DNA of 64,000 nt from an uncultured Christensenellaceae bacterium (GTDB lineage: Bacteria; Bacillota; Clostridia; Christensenellales; CAG-1252). Below the pieces are notes generated by a model, which saw nothing but the letters and a program-made list of their open reading frames with translations, had not been told where the DNA came from and searched no databases. The stretch is taken from assembly GCA_964561145.1 (NCBI GenBank), contig CAZLNZ010000006.1, positions 1 through 64,000 on the forward strand, read 5' to 3'. Shown here piece by piece: positions 16,646 to 26,812 of this stretch; the stretch's first letter is position 1; each line of letters starts with the position of its first letter. A program made the position numbers and the translations under genes.

Positions 16646-17916
16646 TATTTTTTACCTCCTGTAATTTGATCTAAAATCTCATCGTCGGTATAGTAACGTG
16701 CCGATGTGTAGGTGCGAAGCTTGTTTGAATTAGTGATAACAGGCATAGAAGCACAAAGCGGGTTGTTCATATACATTAATGGACAGATGTAAGATAATAC
16801 AACCCCCATTTTTTTAAGTTTTACGGCATTTTCAGACTTGTTGAATTCTTCTATTACATCGGGAGCAGAAGTGAATACCGTTTTTATTGTAACCTTTTTT
16901 CTTCCTTTTTCGGCTAAGCGGTTGGCAAGTCTTTCCGTCCAAGCATTTAGCTGAGCTAATGTCATATGCGGACACCCCATAAAGCAAAGTTTTGGTTTGG
17001 CTTCTTTATTCTTCCAGATTACAGGGTAGCTCTGTTTAACTCTTTCGATCTCTGCATCATCGATTACATAAACTCTAGCACCCTCGTTAATAAGTGCTTC
17101 TCCTTGTTCTACAGCTTCGGGAGTTAGGTTTTCTATGTGGTATAAACCGACAGAACCGTTAGAGGCGGTTGCCGCACCGAAATCTTTTAGATAAGTCGTT
17201 GCATCGTCGTTAAGTTCTGTTCCGAGCCATTTATCTAGACCTTTGACATAGGGAACGTCTTCAAGGACCTTCATTCCTATTGCACTGCCTAGCAGCTGTG
17301 CTTCGGGGCGTTTTGATGTTTTAACCTCAATAATCCAAGACGCTTTTCTTCCTTCATCTGTAAGGAGACCGAAGTAAGGAACATAGCCGATAATGCTTCC
17401 GAACATTTCTATGATACCGGAGTTACGATTACATCTTGCACCTAAAACGGAATTGGCGTAGTTAACTGCACTTGATTCAGCCCAAGAGAGTATATCTCCC
17501 TTCTTAGGTCTGTTGCCTACCTCGGGGAAATAGCATGCGCAAGTGAAGGCTTTGTCGTTCAAAAGACCTATCTCTCTAAGTTGCTTTTCGTATCTTTTTT
17601 GAGGTCCGTACATTACCTTAAAGACGATATCTTGCAAAAGGTTTTTTGGAACGTTTTTATCTACAGGTCTGGGATCGGCAGAGAAGAGCTGTTTGCTCTT
17701 AACACCTGCGGCGAGAAGTTCGTCCATAAGATCGAAAACTCCTTGTATAACTATTACTCCGAAGCTTGTTACGATGTGACCATATGTTGAGGTTACGGGA
17801 ATCATTTTTGTAGCTCCGAAAGTTTCGCCGTACATGACGAGAGTTTTCATTATTTTAGCCATTACCTCCCCTTGGCTGCCTTCTAAAATTTGTTTTTGTT
17901 CAAGCGTTAGCTCCAT
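16645..17916 (-). CDS. Aconitase X catalytic subunit (DUF521/AcnX large subunit), a two-subunit type-IIa-like dehydratase.
   Basis: ~423 aa. The architecture and pairing with the DUF126 protein are characteristic of the family; in bacteria it is known as cis-3-hydroxy-L-proline dehydratase. Confidence 0.6.
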   Translation of the reverse strand: MELTLEQKQILEGSQGEVMAKIMKTLVMYGETFGATKMIPVTSTYGHIVTSFGVIVIQGVFDLMDELLAAGVKSKQLFSADPRPVDKNVPKNLLQDIVFKVMYGPQKRYEKQLREIGLLNDKAFTCACYFPEVGNRPKKGDILSWAESSAVNYANSVLGARCNRNSGIIEMFGSIIGYVPYFGLLTDEGRKASWIIEVKTSKRPEAQLLGSAIGMKVLEDVPYVKGLDKWLGTELNDDATTYLKDFGAATASNGSVGLYHIENLTPEAVEQGEALINEGARVYVIDDAEIERVKQSYPVIWKNKEAKPKLCFMGCPHMTLAQLNAWTERLANRLAEKGRKKVTIKTVFTSAPDVIEEFNKSENAVKLKKMGVVLSYICPLMYMNNPLCASMPVITNSNKLRTYTSARYYTDDEILDQITGGKK

Positions 17917-17932
17917 AGTGTATACCTCTTTA

Positions 17933-19978
17933 TTAAATCTTCATTGCAATATCCCAAGCACGCCAAATAACGGTGCGGAGGTTTCCGACTCCGTTGCAAT
18001 CACCTACAAGTTTGCCCTTGGTTAAAGGATCGGGGATATATCCGATTGACAATATTACAGAATCGCCCTCTATCGGGAAAACGTTGCCATTCTTGTCTTT
18101 AACAATTACACCCTTATCCGTAATTTCTTGAAGGGTGGTTTCGAGATATACTTCGGCTTGTTCCTTATGAAGAGCGAAGTAATCTCTTAGATATGAGGAG
18201 TTTGCAAGGCATACACCTTTAACGGCAATTAGGTCATTTTTCATTTCAATAATTGCGACCTTATGCCCTTTTTGACAAAGGTCAAGGGCTATTTCACAAC
18301 CGGTCAAGCCGCCGCCGATTACAATGACTTTTTCTCCGACCTCTCTTCCGTTAAGATATTCGCAAGCTTCCATTGCTTTTTCGGCACCCTTGACGTTTAG
18401 TCTGCGAGGAACGCTTCCGGTTGCTATTACAACTTCATCTGCATTCAATGATGAAATGTCCTTGATTTCTGTGTTAAGCATTATGGTAATATCAAGGTCT
18501 TTCATTTGCTTCTCATACCATTTCAGAAGCTCCTTATCCTTCTCTTTAAAGGAGGGGGCTGCTGCTGCAACGAATACTCCGCCCAAGTGATTGTCTTTTT
18601 CATAGATGGTAACCTTGTGTCCTCTTAATGCCAAAACCCTAGCAGTTTCCATACCACCTATTCCGCCACCTATAACGGCAATATTCTTAGATTTCTTAGC
18701 CTTTACAATCTTATATTTCTTAGATTGCATCGTTTGAGGGTTCAATGCACATCTTGCCATTCCTGCATTATCCGACAGTGCTTGATCATTGCCTACACCT
18801 TTATAGTGTGCCATATTGAAACAAGCATTATGGCAGCAGATACAAGGCATAATATCCTCCAATCTGTCCTCCATTAGTTTGGTTACCCACTCGGGGTCTG
18901 TGAGGAATTGTCTTGCAACTCCCATGGCATCGATTTTTCCTTCTGCTATTGCTTGCGAAGCAACCTTCGGAGTCATTCTTCCTGCCGCTACAACGGGAAT
19001 ATCAACGAATTTTTTAATATGTTCAACATCCTCTAGGTTACAGTTTAAAGGCATATACGGAGCCGGGTGTGCCCAATACCAAGCATCATAGGTTCCGTTG
19101 TCGCAGTTAAGCATATCGTATCCCGCATCTTGTAGATATTTTGCAGCCTTTTCGCTTTCTAGCATATCTCTTCCCACTTCGACATATTCTTCTCCGGGCA
19201 GAGCACCTTGTCCGAATCCCTTAGTTTTAGATAAAACAGAGTATCTTAATGAAACAGGAAAGTCCTTTCCGCATCTTGCTTTGATTGCCTTGACGATTTC
19301 AACGGGGAAACGATAGCGATTTTCAAAGGAGCCACCATATTCGTCTTCACGATTGTTTGTATATTTCATCGTGAATTGGTCAAGGAGGTATCCCTCGTGA
19401 ACTGCGTGGATTTCGACACCGTCAACACCTGCGTCCATACAAAGTTTTGCTGTTTTGGCAAAGGCTTCGACCATTTCCTCGATTTCTTCTACGGTCAAGG
19501 GGCGAGAAACACATTCATCATACCAGCGATTAGGTGTAGCACTTGCACTTGCTGTCAAATAACTAACGTCAAGAAAAGGTTTTAGGACACCGCCCAATGC
19601 CTTGTTTTTGAGTGCTTTAATCATTATATCATTGATTGCCAAGGATCTTCCGAAGCCGGCAGTTAACTGCACGAATAATTTGCAGCCGGTCTTATGGAAT
19701 TCTTCCATAAACTCCTTTAGTTTTTTAAACTTTCCCTTTCCTTGGTATAGCCATTTCCCCAGAAGAATATCTTTGATAGGAGCGATACCGGGAAGAATAA
19801 GTCCTACATTGTTTTTAGCTCTTTCTAAGAGGAAGTTGGCGGCTTCCTTGTCGTAATGATTGGGCTCCATCCAGCCGAAAATAGAGGTTCCGCCCATGGA
19901 TGTCATTACTATTCTATTTTTAATTTCGACATTGCCTATTTTCCAAGGCGTAAACAGCGATTTATAACACTCTTTCAT
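17933..19978 (-). CDS. FMN/FAD/[4Fe-4S] oxidoreductase of the 2,4-dienoyl-CoA reductase / enoate reductase type. It combines an N-terminal OYE-like TIM barrel with a C-terminal pyridine nucleotide-disulfide oxidoreductase domain.
   Basis: 681 aa; Cys cluster CICCHNACFNMAHYKGVGNDQALSDNAGMARC; Rossmann motif VIGGGIGG and a second motif GGGLTG. Confidence 0.7.
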   Translation of the reverse strand: MKECYKSLFTPWKIGNVEIKNRIVMTSMGGTSIFGWMEPNHYDKEAANFLLERAKNNVGLILPGIAPIKDILLGKWLYQGKGKFKKLKEFMEEFHKTGCKLFVQLTAGFGRSLAINDIMIKALKNKALGGVLKPFLDVSYLTASASATPNRWYDECVSRPLTVEEIEEMVEAFAKTAKLCMDAGVDGVEIHAVHEGYLLDQFTMKYTNNREDEYGGSFENRYRFPVEIVKAIKARCGKDFPVSLRYSVLSKTKGFGQGALPGEEYVEVGRDMLESEKAAKYLQDAGYDMLNCDNGTYDAWYWAHPAPYMPLNCNLEDVEHIKKFVDIPVVAAGRMTPKVASQAIAEGKIDAMGVARQFLTDPEWVTKLMEDRLEDIMPCICCHNACFNMAHYKGVGNDQALSDNAGMARCALNPQTMQSKKYKIVKAKKSKNIAVIGGGIGGMETARVLALRGHKVTIYEKDNHLGGVFVAAAAPSFKEKDKELLKWYEKQMKDLDITIMLNTEIKDISSLNADEVVIATGSVPRRLNVKGAEKAMEACEYLNGREVGEKVIVIGGGLTGCEIALDLCQKGHKVAIIEMKNDLIAVKGVCLANSSYLRDYFALHKEQAEVYLETTLQEITDKGVIVKDKNGNVFPIEGDSVILSIGYIPDPLTKGKLVGDCNGVGNLRTVIWRAWDIAMKI

Positions 19979-20091
19979 ATAATACCTCTTTATATAGTTT
20001 GTATTTTTATTAAATTATATACCAAAAAATATCCTTTTTTCAAGAGTTATTCTGCGAAAAAACTTTAAATATTATACTTTTATTTTATACG

Positions 20092-20112
20092 GGTATAACT
20101 ATAAGTTATACC
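20092..20112. promoter_or_regulatory. Perfect 9-3-9 palindrome GGTATAACT-ata-AGTTATACC in the divergent intergenic region upstream of the reductase/AcnX operon. Candidate operator.
   Basis: Read directly from the sequence. Confidence 0.45.
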
Positions 20113-20275
20113 TCGTCAACAAGGAATTTTCTGCTCGGGAACTACATTTGTAACTTTGGATTAATGTTTTTTTAATGGTCTGTTTCCATAATAGTGAAGA
20201 TTTATGTTGAATATTTACGCAGAACTAGCAGATATTCCTCTAAAATGTCGATATTTATAAAGTTTGTGTCGACAG

Positions 20276-20304
20276 TTGACTTCTGTGTTAATAAGATATA
20301 TAAT
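20276..20304 (+). promoter_or_regulatory. Consensus-like promoter TTGACT-N17-TATAAT for the membrane protein gene at 20360.
   Basis: -35 at 20276-20281 and -10 at 20299-20304. Confidence 0.55.
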
Positions 20305-20359
20305 GGTGAATCTTTAGAGCCAAAGGGTATACTAAAGAAAGAGAAAGAGAAGAGATAAA

Positions 20360-21859
20360 ATGAAGAAGAATGTGTTCCTTGAGTTTTTCACTCAGAATAA
20401 GCTCGAAAATTTTTTGTCGGGCAACTTGTTTCTTGCGATAATTTGGTTTATTGTCGTTTTCTTTTGGACTATAAAGCAAAGTGTAGCGGGGCTTGTAATA
20501 CTTCTTTCTTTATTCGCTTTAACTTTGGTGTTATCAAGAAGTACCCTATACTCGATGCCACTGTTCATCAGTATGTTTTTGGTGTTCAATCCGAATTTTT
20601 CCTCTTTGTCTGGCAACGAGTGGATTATCTCTTTTGCAACAATCCCTGTAATAGGACTTATTTTACACTGTGTTATTTATAAGCCTAAGCTCAAGATTAG
20701 GGGCTTTGGCTTAGCAATGCTTGCAACAACCGTTCCATGGGTTTTGCAGGGTCTAGGTAGGAGAATCAAGTATACTGTTACCGACTATTTCAATCCAACA
20801 TTTGTATGGGTCGCCTATCTTATCGTTGCTCTATTGGGACTTTTCTTCCTGTTTATTTACGTGCTTTACGATTCCACGATTCCCGATAAAGGCTTCAATA
20901 TGGCAGAATATATGACGAAGCAATTGGTTCTTATAGCCGGTATTGTTTTTGCACAATGTCTTATTGTTGTAATTAGACTCGTAAGGGCTAATAGTTTTGT
21001 ATATCTGATAGATTTATTGGCAACAGGAAATAAAGAGATATTTAAGCTTGGCTGGGGTGGTCCCAATAATATCAGTGCCTATTTATCGTTAACGGTACCT
21101 GCTACCGCTTATCTTGCTCTCAAGGGAAAGAGAAGTGCTACACCCTTGTATTTGTTTACCTATTTTCAATACTATTTGATTATGATTACCTTCTCCAGAG
21201 GACCGATGATATTCGTAACTATAGGTTTACCGTTTATAATGGTTTATTGTTTTATAAAGGGTGATAAGGCAAATAGATTAAGACATGTCATCGCATTGAT
21301 GGCGGCAGTAATATTCTTATTAATATTGATTTTCGGTTATACGGATAAATTTAAGCAAATAGTCGACATAATGATTAATCAAAGAGGCTTAGACGATAAC
21401 GGTAGATTTGATATTTATGGCGAGGCATTAAAGGTCTTCAAGGAATATCCGATTTTCGGTGGCGGAATGGATGTTTATTTTTCTCTTGTCGACAATGCAC
21501 CCTGGAAGAATATTCCCTATTTTAGAGTGGGTATTCCCTACTGGTTCCATTCTACAATAGCACAGATAGTCGGTTCCTTCGGTGTTATCGGAATTGTCAC
21601 CTATTTGTATCAATATTATGCGCGTTATTCCCTTGTTTTTAAGGGAAAAAACAAAACCGTTATAATGGCATTGGGCTTCTCGATGATTTTATTCGATTTA
21701 TACGGATTCATAGATACTAATTTTTTCTCGCCGCTAATGTATTTAACGGTAATGTTTATGACACTTGCCATAGAAAAGGAGGAACGTTACCTATATGTTC
21801 CTTTTAAAAAGAGCACTTATAACGGTGTGAAGGTTATAATCGATACACCAAAAAAATAA
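20360..21859 (+). CDS. Polytopic membrane protein of the O-antigen ligase/polymerase (Wzy_C) family.
   Basis: About 12 predicted TM segments, a central FSRGP motif, and a large loop. Confidence 0.5.
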   Translation: MKKNVFLEFFTQNKLENFLSGNLFLAIIWFIVVFFWTIKQSVAGLVILLSLFALTLVLSRSTLYSMPLFISMFLVFNPNFSSLSGNEWIISFATIPVIGLILHCVIYKPKLKIRGFGLAMLATTVPWVLQGLGRRIKYTVTDYFNPTFVWVAYLIVALLGLFFLFIYVLYDSTIPDKGFNMAEYMTKQLVLIAGIVFAQCLIVVIRLVRANSFVYLIDLLATGNKEIFKLGWGGPNNISAYLSLTVPATAYLALKGKRSATPLYLFTYFQYYLIMITFSRGPMIFVTIGLPFIMVYCFIKGDKANRLRHVIALMAAVIFLLILIFGYTDKFKQIVDIMINQRGLDDNGRFDIYGEALKVFKEYPIFGGGMDVYFSLVDNAPWKNIPYFRVGIPYWFHSTIAQIVGSFGVIGIVTYLYQYYARYSLVFKGKNKTVIMALGFSMILFDLYGFIDTNFFSPLMYLTVMFMTLAIEKEERYLYVPFKKSTYNGVKVIIDTPKK

Positions 21860-22165
21860 GGAGTACTTTTTAAATCACCTCGGTACATTGATTTACTTTA
21901 CTTAGGTTTTGGGTTGGAGTAATGCTTTCTGTTTATTGACGGTCGGTATTACTTTTTTTTATGTGCAGCAAAACAAAAAAGCACGGCAGACGCCATGCTT
22001 AATTGTCGTGACCGATTTCAATATAGTCACAATTTTCCCTCTTTCCATAAAGATTTGTCCGCAAATGTCTTTTATTCTCAAAGGCGAAAGGAGGAAGTGC
22101 CTATCTACAATGGTTATGAGTCAAAAAGACAATTTGCCGAAATGTGTCGACATATGACTGAGTTT

Positions 22166-22201
22166 GTATCATATGTCGCTAATATTGTATCATATATCGA
22201 C
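22166..22201 (+). promoter_or_regulatory. Two direct repeats GTATCATAT(G/A)TCG(C/A)C spaced 21 bp apart, plus a GTCGACATATGAC half-palindrome, upstream of the XRE regulator gene. Candidate operator.
   Basis: Read directly; about 55 bp upstream of the start at 22256. Confidence 0.4.
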
Positions 22202-22255
22202 CATCTAGTCAATACTAAAAACGATATAATTTTAAAAAATTGAGACGAGGTTAGT

Positions 22256-22498
22256 ATGGATACTTGTGCTGCAATTAGCCAAAGAATACTATCCCTTTGT
22301 TGCGAGGCTCATTGGTCTTTACATAAATTGGCAATGGAATCGGGAATATCACCGTCTACTATTAAGAGCATTGTTTATGGAAAAAGCCAGAACCCCGGGA
22401 TAGTAACGATTAAAATTATATGTGATGGCTTTGGTATTTCTCTGGTTGATTTTTTTAACTCAAAGGAATTCTATGATTTGGAACAAGAAATACGTTAA
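22256..22498 (+). CDS. XRE-family helix-turn-helix transcriptional regulator (80 aa).
   Basis: HTH region ISQRILSLCCEAHWSLHKLAMESGISPSTIKSIVYGKSQNP. Confidence 0.7.
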   Translation: MDTCAAISQRILSLCCEAHWSLHKLAMESGISPSTIKSIVYGKSQNPGIVTIKIICDGFGISLVDFFNSKEFYDLEQEIR

Positions 22499-22709
22499 AG
22501 ATTTATTTCAAAGCTACTATGGTATTTCTCGCATGCTTGATAAGGAAGTATGTGATTTTTTTCGTTCACCAATTTTCTTTTATTTTTTGTAACATTTGCG
22601 GATTATTGTTTGGAAAAACATATGTTTGCATTTTGACGTTTGCTAATTAATTAAAGAAATACCTAACTTTTATTTTTAAAAATCATTTTTACGTGTTATA
22701 ATAAGATTG

Positions 22710-23456
22710 ATGAAATTCTATGGTGACTATCATACACATACAACTTGGAGTGACGGCAAGGGTACTATTAAGCAAAACTTGCGTTTTGCGGAAATCGCCG
22801 GACTTGAGCAAATAGCTATTACGGAACACGGATTTAGAAATCCCTCCTATAGCAAGAAAAAGCTTTACATCGAGAAGGAAGAGATCGATTCTCTTCGTGA
22901 TTCTTCGAAAGTCAAGCTTCTCTTTGGTATCGAAGCGGACATAATTGATGAAAACGGAGAGATTGACATTGATGAAGAATCATTGAAAATGCTCGATCTA
23001 TTGATAGTTGGATTTCATATGTTTTCCCTTCCCGCTAGCTTTAGGGATTATCGTAGGTTTTACATTCCGTCAATCTTAAAGGCTGTGACAAAATCTAACG
23101 TGGTTTTCAAGGAGAGAAACACAGATGCCTTAATATCCTGTATCACCAATCATCCGGTTGATATGTTATCTCATCCGAATCATCGGCTTTTTGCCGACAT
23201 GAGGGCTGTAGCAAAGGCATGTTATGCTTGTGGAACTCTTATTGAACTAAACATAAAGCACTTGAATTCCGTTATCGATGTTCTTGATGATTTTGCACAA
23301 GAAAACGTGGAATTTATAGTAAATAGCGACGCACACTGTCCACAAGATATTGGTTGCTTTGAAAAGGCAGAGGCGATTATAAAAAAGTACGGTTTGGAGG
23401 ATAGAGTTGTAAATTTGAACAATCCCAATCCTATATTCCGTTCACAAAAGAAATAA
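22710..23456 (+). CDS. PHP-domain metal-dependent phosphoesterase.
   Basis: N-terminal motif YGDYHTHTTWSDG and distal His/Asp motifs (ITEHG, HPNH, NSDAH). The start at ATG 22710 lacks a strong SD. Confidence 0.65.
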   Translation: MKFYGDYHTHTTWSDGKGTIKQNLRFAEIAGLEQIAITEHGFRNPSYSKKKLYIEKEEIDSLRDSSKVKLLFGIEADIIDENGEIDIDEESLKMLDLLIVGFHMFSLPASFRDYRRFYIPSILKAVTKSNVVFKERNTDALISCITNHPVDMLSHPNHRLFADMRAVAKACYACGTLIELNIKHLNSVIDVLDDFAQENVEFIVNSDAHCPQDIGCFEKAEAIIKKYGLEDRVVNLNNPNPIFRSQKK

Positions 23457-23468
23457 AGGAGTAAATAA

Positions 23469-24263
23469 ATGGCAGGATATTTTATGCACGTCTATTTTGC
23501 AGATAGAATAGCACAGAAGCTACCTATTGGTAGTAGTTCTGTTATTGAGTTGTATCCGGATGCATATCGTTTGGGTGTATTAGGCTCTGACCTATTATTT
23601 CCTATTCAGCGTACCGAGGCAGAAATGGATATAGCAGATGCGTTTACTCTATTTGAAAACACCGCGGATTACATATTTGGAAGCGGAAGCAAGTGTCAAT
23701 TGTCCTATATGTTGGGAATGCTTGTTCATTATCTCTTGGATAGCAGAATCAATCCTTATCTTCATTATCTAGCAGAAAACGGAGTTCCTCACTATTATGA
23801 TTCAACAAGAACCTCGCTTGACTGTGAACAAATAGAAGATGGGCTCGATTATTATTATCTAAATGCATATTTGAGAGAAAGAAAAGCGGAGATATTGAGC
23901 TTTAAGCCTCGTAAAGAAGTAGCCCTTGATATTGCCAGCTTGTATTCTCATGTTATTTCAACGGTAATAGGTCATACTATTGACGAGGATAAGCTTATAG
24001 CATGTTTATCAAAGCCTTCCTTGAAAAACCTTGACTCTATCGATATGCTTACACTGGATATCGCAAATACGAAAAACAGAAGCTGGAAAACCGTTCGTAA
24101 CGGTGAATGGACTACAAATATGAGCGTGGCGGAACTTTTGGAAAAGATCGAACCCATCGCTATAAAGATGATTTCCGATTATATGGATAGGGCTAGAAGC
24201 GGAATAGAACTTAACAAAAAGGCATTTAGAATTAATACCTTAGGCGTACTTACAGACAAATAA
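23469..24263 (+). CDS. Hypothetical protein. It may belong to the zinc-dependent phospholipase-C-like family.
   Basis: N-terminal H-x-Y-F-A and G-S-D-L-L-F-P patterns. Good RBS AAAGGAG. Confidence 0.3.
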   Translation: MAGYFMHVYFADRIAQKLPIGSSSVIELYPDAYRLGVLGSDLLFPIQRTEAEMDIADAFTLFENTADYIFGSGSKCQLSYMLGMLVHYLLDSRINPYLHYLAENGVPHYYDSTRTSLDCEQIEDGLDYYYLNAYLRERKAEILSFKPRKEVALDIASLYSHVISTVIGHTIDEDKLIACLSKPSLKNLDSIDMLTLDIANTKNRSWKTVRNGEWTTNMSVAELLEKIEPIAIKMISDYMDRARSGIELNKKAFRINTLGVLTDK

Positions 24264-24268
24264 TATTT

Positions 24269-25036
24269 ATGTTAACCGATGCACATGCACATTTGAATGA
24301 CAAGGCTTACGAGGATTATGCCCTCTTTTCCGAGTTTTCTCAAAACGGAGTAGGAATTATAGTAAACGGTTCTTGGGATGTCGATTCATCCATTAGGGCT
24401 ATGAATTTAGCCGATCGTTATCCCGATTTTTATTTTACAGCAGGCATACACCCTCATAACGCAAAGGACGCAAAGGATGGTGATTTTGATACAATAATCA
24501 AGATCGCCTCACATGAGAAGTGCGTTGCCATAGGGGAAATAGGCTTAGATTATCACTACGATCTTTCTCCTCGTGATACGCAAAAGGATTTTTTTCAAAA
24601 GCAAATTGATTTGGCTTATGATCTAAAGCTCCCTGTAGTTTTTCATTTAAGAGAATGCTATCAAGATGCTAATGAAATAATTTTTGCAAACAAGGACAAG
24701 TTGATAAACGGAGTGCTGCTTCATTGCTATTCGGGCTCTATGGAGCTTGCTAGGGATTTTTACAACAAGCTTGGTTTCTATTATTCTTTTGGCGGTGCTA
24801 TAACCTTTAAAAATGCAAAAAAAGGAGATACCTTACGGGTGATTCCAAGGGATAGAATTATGCTCGAAACAGATTGTCCGTATATGACACCTGTACCCAA
24901 AAGAGGGCAGACCAATTCACCATTGAATTTGAATTTGATTTGTGACAAAATGGCGGAAGAATTGGGCATGACCTCTAAAGAGGTCGAGATATTGACAGAG
25001 AATAACTTGAAACAATTTTACAACATAAGGCGGTAG
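24269..25036 (+). CDS. tatD: TatD-family metal-dependent deoxyribonuclease/hydrolase.
   Basis: Motifs LTDAHAHL, FHLRE, EIGLDYHY and ETDCPYM. Confidence 0.85.
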   Translation: MLTDAHAHLNDKAYEDYALFSEFSQNGVGIIVNGSWDVDSSIRAMNLADRYPDFYFTAGIHPHNAKDAKDGDFDTIIKIASHEKCVAIGEIGLDYHYDLSPRDTQKDFFQKQIDLAYDLKLPVVFHLRECYQDANEIIFANKDKLINGVLLHCYSGSMELARDFYNKLGFYYSFGGAITFKNAKKGDTLRVIPRDRIMLETDCPYMTPVPKRGQTNSPLNLNLICDKMAEELGMTSKEVEILTENNLKQFYNIRR

Positions 25037-25038
25037 AG

Positions 25039-25860
25039 ATGAGCGTTAAGGATTTGTTGATAAAACACGGATTTCACTTTAATAAGGCTTATGGACAAAA
25101 CTTTATAAGCGATTTGAACCTTTTATCTGCTATAGTTGAGGACAGCGGAGTGGAAAGCGATGATATTGCTTTAGAGATCGGTTGCGGGGCAGGAACCTTG
25201 ACCTCTGTCTTAGCCGAAAAAGCTAAAAGGGTTGTTGGATATGAAATAGATGAGAGCCTACGTCCTATTTTATTCGAGGCACTTTTAGGCTATGATAATG
25301 CCGAGATCCGCTATAAAGATTTTCTAAGAGAGGATGTCAAGGTTCTTGACGAGCTGAAGGATGCTGTTGTTGTTGCCAATTTGCCTTATTATATTACCAC
25401 TCCCATTTTGATGAGATTATTGGAAAACGGCATTGGTAAGAGCGTAACCGTGATGGTTCAAAAGGAAGTTGCAGACAGACTTGTTGCCAGAGAGGGCACA
25501 AAGGACTATGGGGCTATAACCGTAAAGGTAGGACTCCTTGGCGGAGCTAAAATTACACGGATAGTATCAAGAAACATGTTTTATCCGGCACCAAACGTAG
25601 ACTCGGCGGTTGTTAGAATCGATAGGTTAAATAGGTACAGAGGAAAGGATCCTTATCTTACCGATGAATTGATAAAAAGTGCTTTTCTGATGAGGAGAAA
25701 AACCCTTCAAAACAATCTTTCAAAAGTATTGCCCAAAGTCGAACTTGTTAGAATACTTGAGGAAATGGGCTTAAGAGGAGATATAAGAGGAGAAACCTTA
25801 TCGGCAGAGCAATTTGTTCAACTATCCGATTTGATTTATGAATATAAAAGTAACAATTGA
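25039..25860 (+). CDS. rsmA: 16S rRNA (adenine1518/1519-N6)-dimethyltransferase.
   Basis: Motifs KAYGQNF, EIGCGAGTLT and NLPYYITTPIL. Confidence 0.9.
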   Translation: MSVKDLLIKHGFHFNKAYGQNFISDLNLLSAIVEDSGVESDDIALEIGCGAGTLTSVLAEKAKRVVGYEIDESLRPILFEALLGYDNAEIRYKDFLREDVKVLDELKDAVVVANLPYYITTPILMRLLENGIGKSVTVMVQKEVADRLVAREGTKDYGAITVKVGLLGGAKITRIVSRNMFYPAPNVDSAVVRIDRLNRYRGKDPYLTDELIKSAFLMRRKTLQNNLSKVLPKVELVRILEEMGLRGDIRGETLSAEQFVQLSDLIYEYKSNN

Positions 25861-25916
25861 TTGTTTTGCTGTTTGCTAACTATCGACAAGAGTTACAGAA
25901 ACCTGTTTATGCTGAA

Positions 25917-25940
25917 AGGGGCAAAAAATGCCCCTTTTTG
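25917..25940 (+). terminator. Rho-independent terminator after rsmA. The hairpin also lies just past the 3' end of the minus-strand collagen-like gene.
   Basis: aggggcaaaaaatgccccttttt. Confidence 0.65.
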
Positions 25941-25942
25941 TC

Positions 25943-26563
25943 TTAAGTGTTTAGAAGAGCAACCGTTATGCTTCCGTTTGTCAAGGAGCTTACAGTTGAT
26001 CCCAGATTTACCAGTCTAAGGGTTGCATTTTGTGTCGCATTGACCAGTATTGTTTTGCTTACATTCATAATGCTGGCATCGGTCGAGGTTTCGGTTATTG
26101 TGGAATTCGCAACCGGAGTGCCGTTTAGATATATGCCTACACTTAGTTCTGTCATTGTGTCGGTTGAGGTCGCAGAATAGGAAATAAGATAAGTGCCTGC
26201 AGTGGGAAGGGTTATTGTTCCACCCGAGTATGTTATATTTGTCTCGGAGGTACCTACAGAGCTTGTAAAGGTATAATAACCGCCTACAGCGACACCCTCT
26301 ATTGCTCCTGTTTCAACATACAATCCGTTTGCGATGCCTTGTGCACCCGTAGCCCCGGTAGCACCCGTAGCACCTGTTGCACCTGTTGCGCCTGTGGCTC
26401 CTTGAGGTCCCATTATTCCCCTTTCTCCTTGCGGACCTTGTGGTCCTTGAGGTCCCTGCGGACCCGGAATCACCACGATTCTTTCATCTCTCCTGTTTGG
26501 ACAACATATATCCTCTCTTCTGTTTGGACAACAGTTATTATTTCCGTTAAAAAAGTTACACAT
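25943..26563 (-). CDS. Collagen-like triple-helix repeat protein of the BclA/exosporium-glycoprotein type. It has a Cys-rich N-terminus with a duplicated CCPNRR(E)D motif, G-X-X repeats (GPQ x4, GAT x6), and a C-terminal globular domain.
   Basis: Sequence [51 protein letters not shown] upstream on the minus strand. Confidence 0.75.
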   Translation of the reverse strand: MCNFFNGNNNCCPNRREDICCPNRRDERIVVIPGPQGPQGPQGPQGERGIMGPQGATGATGATGATGATGATGAQGIANGLYVETGAIEGVAVGGYYTFTSSVGTSETNITYSGGTITLPTAGTYLISYSATSTDTMTELSVGIYLNGTPVANSTITETSTDASIMNVSKTILVNATQNATLRLVNLGSTVSSLTNGSITVALLNT

Positions 26564-26686
26564 ATTTTTCCTCCGTAAAATTTGCGGCTATGCCTACTAT
26601 ATATTATGCAGTGTGTTTTTTGTAGGTGAACCGACGAATTGCTATCATAGTCATGAGAAACTCATTAATTATTTAAAAAAGTAAGG

Positions 26687-26718
26687 TTGACTTTTGTATG
26701 CTAACAAACTATTATAAT
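26687..26718 (+). promoter_or_regulatory. Promoter TTGACT-N17-TATTAT (or TATAAT at +3) for the nfeD-floT operon.
   Basis: -35 at 26687-26692 and -10 at 26710-26718. Confidence 0.5.
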
Positions 26719-26812
26719 ATTGAAGGGTAGAAACGAATACTTGCAATTCTCGGTTTAACTTGGTTTTAAGGAAAATATCGTATTCTATCTCATAATACAA
26801 AGGAGTTAATAT

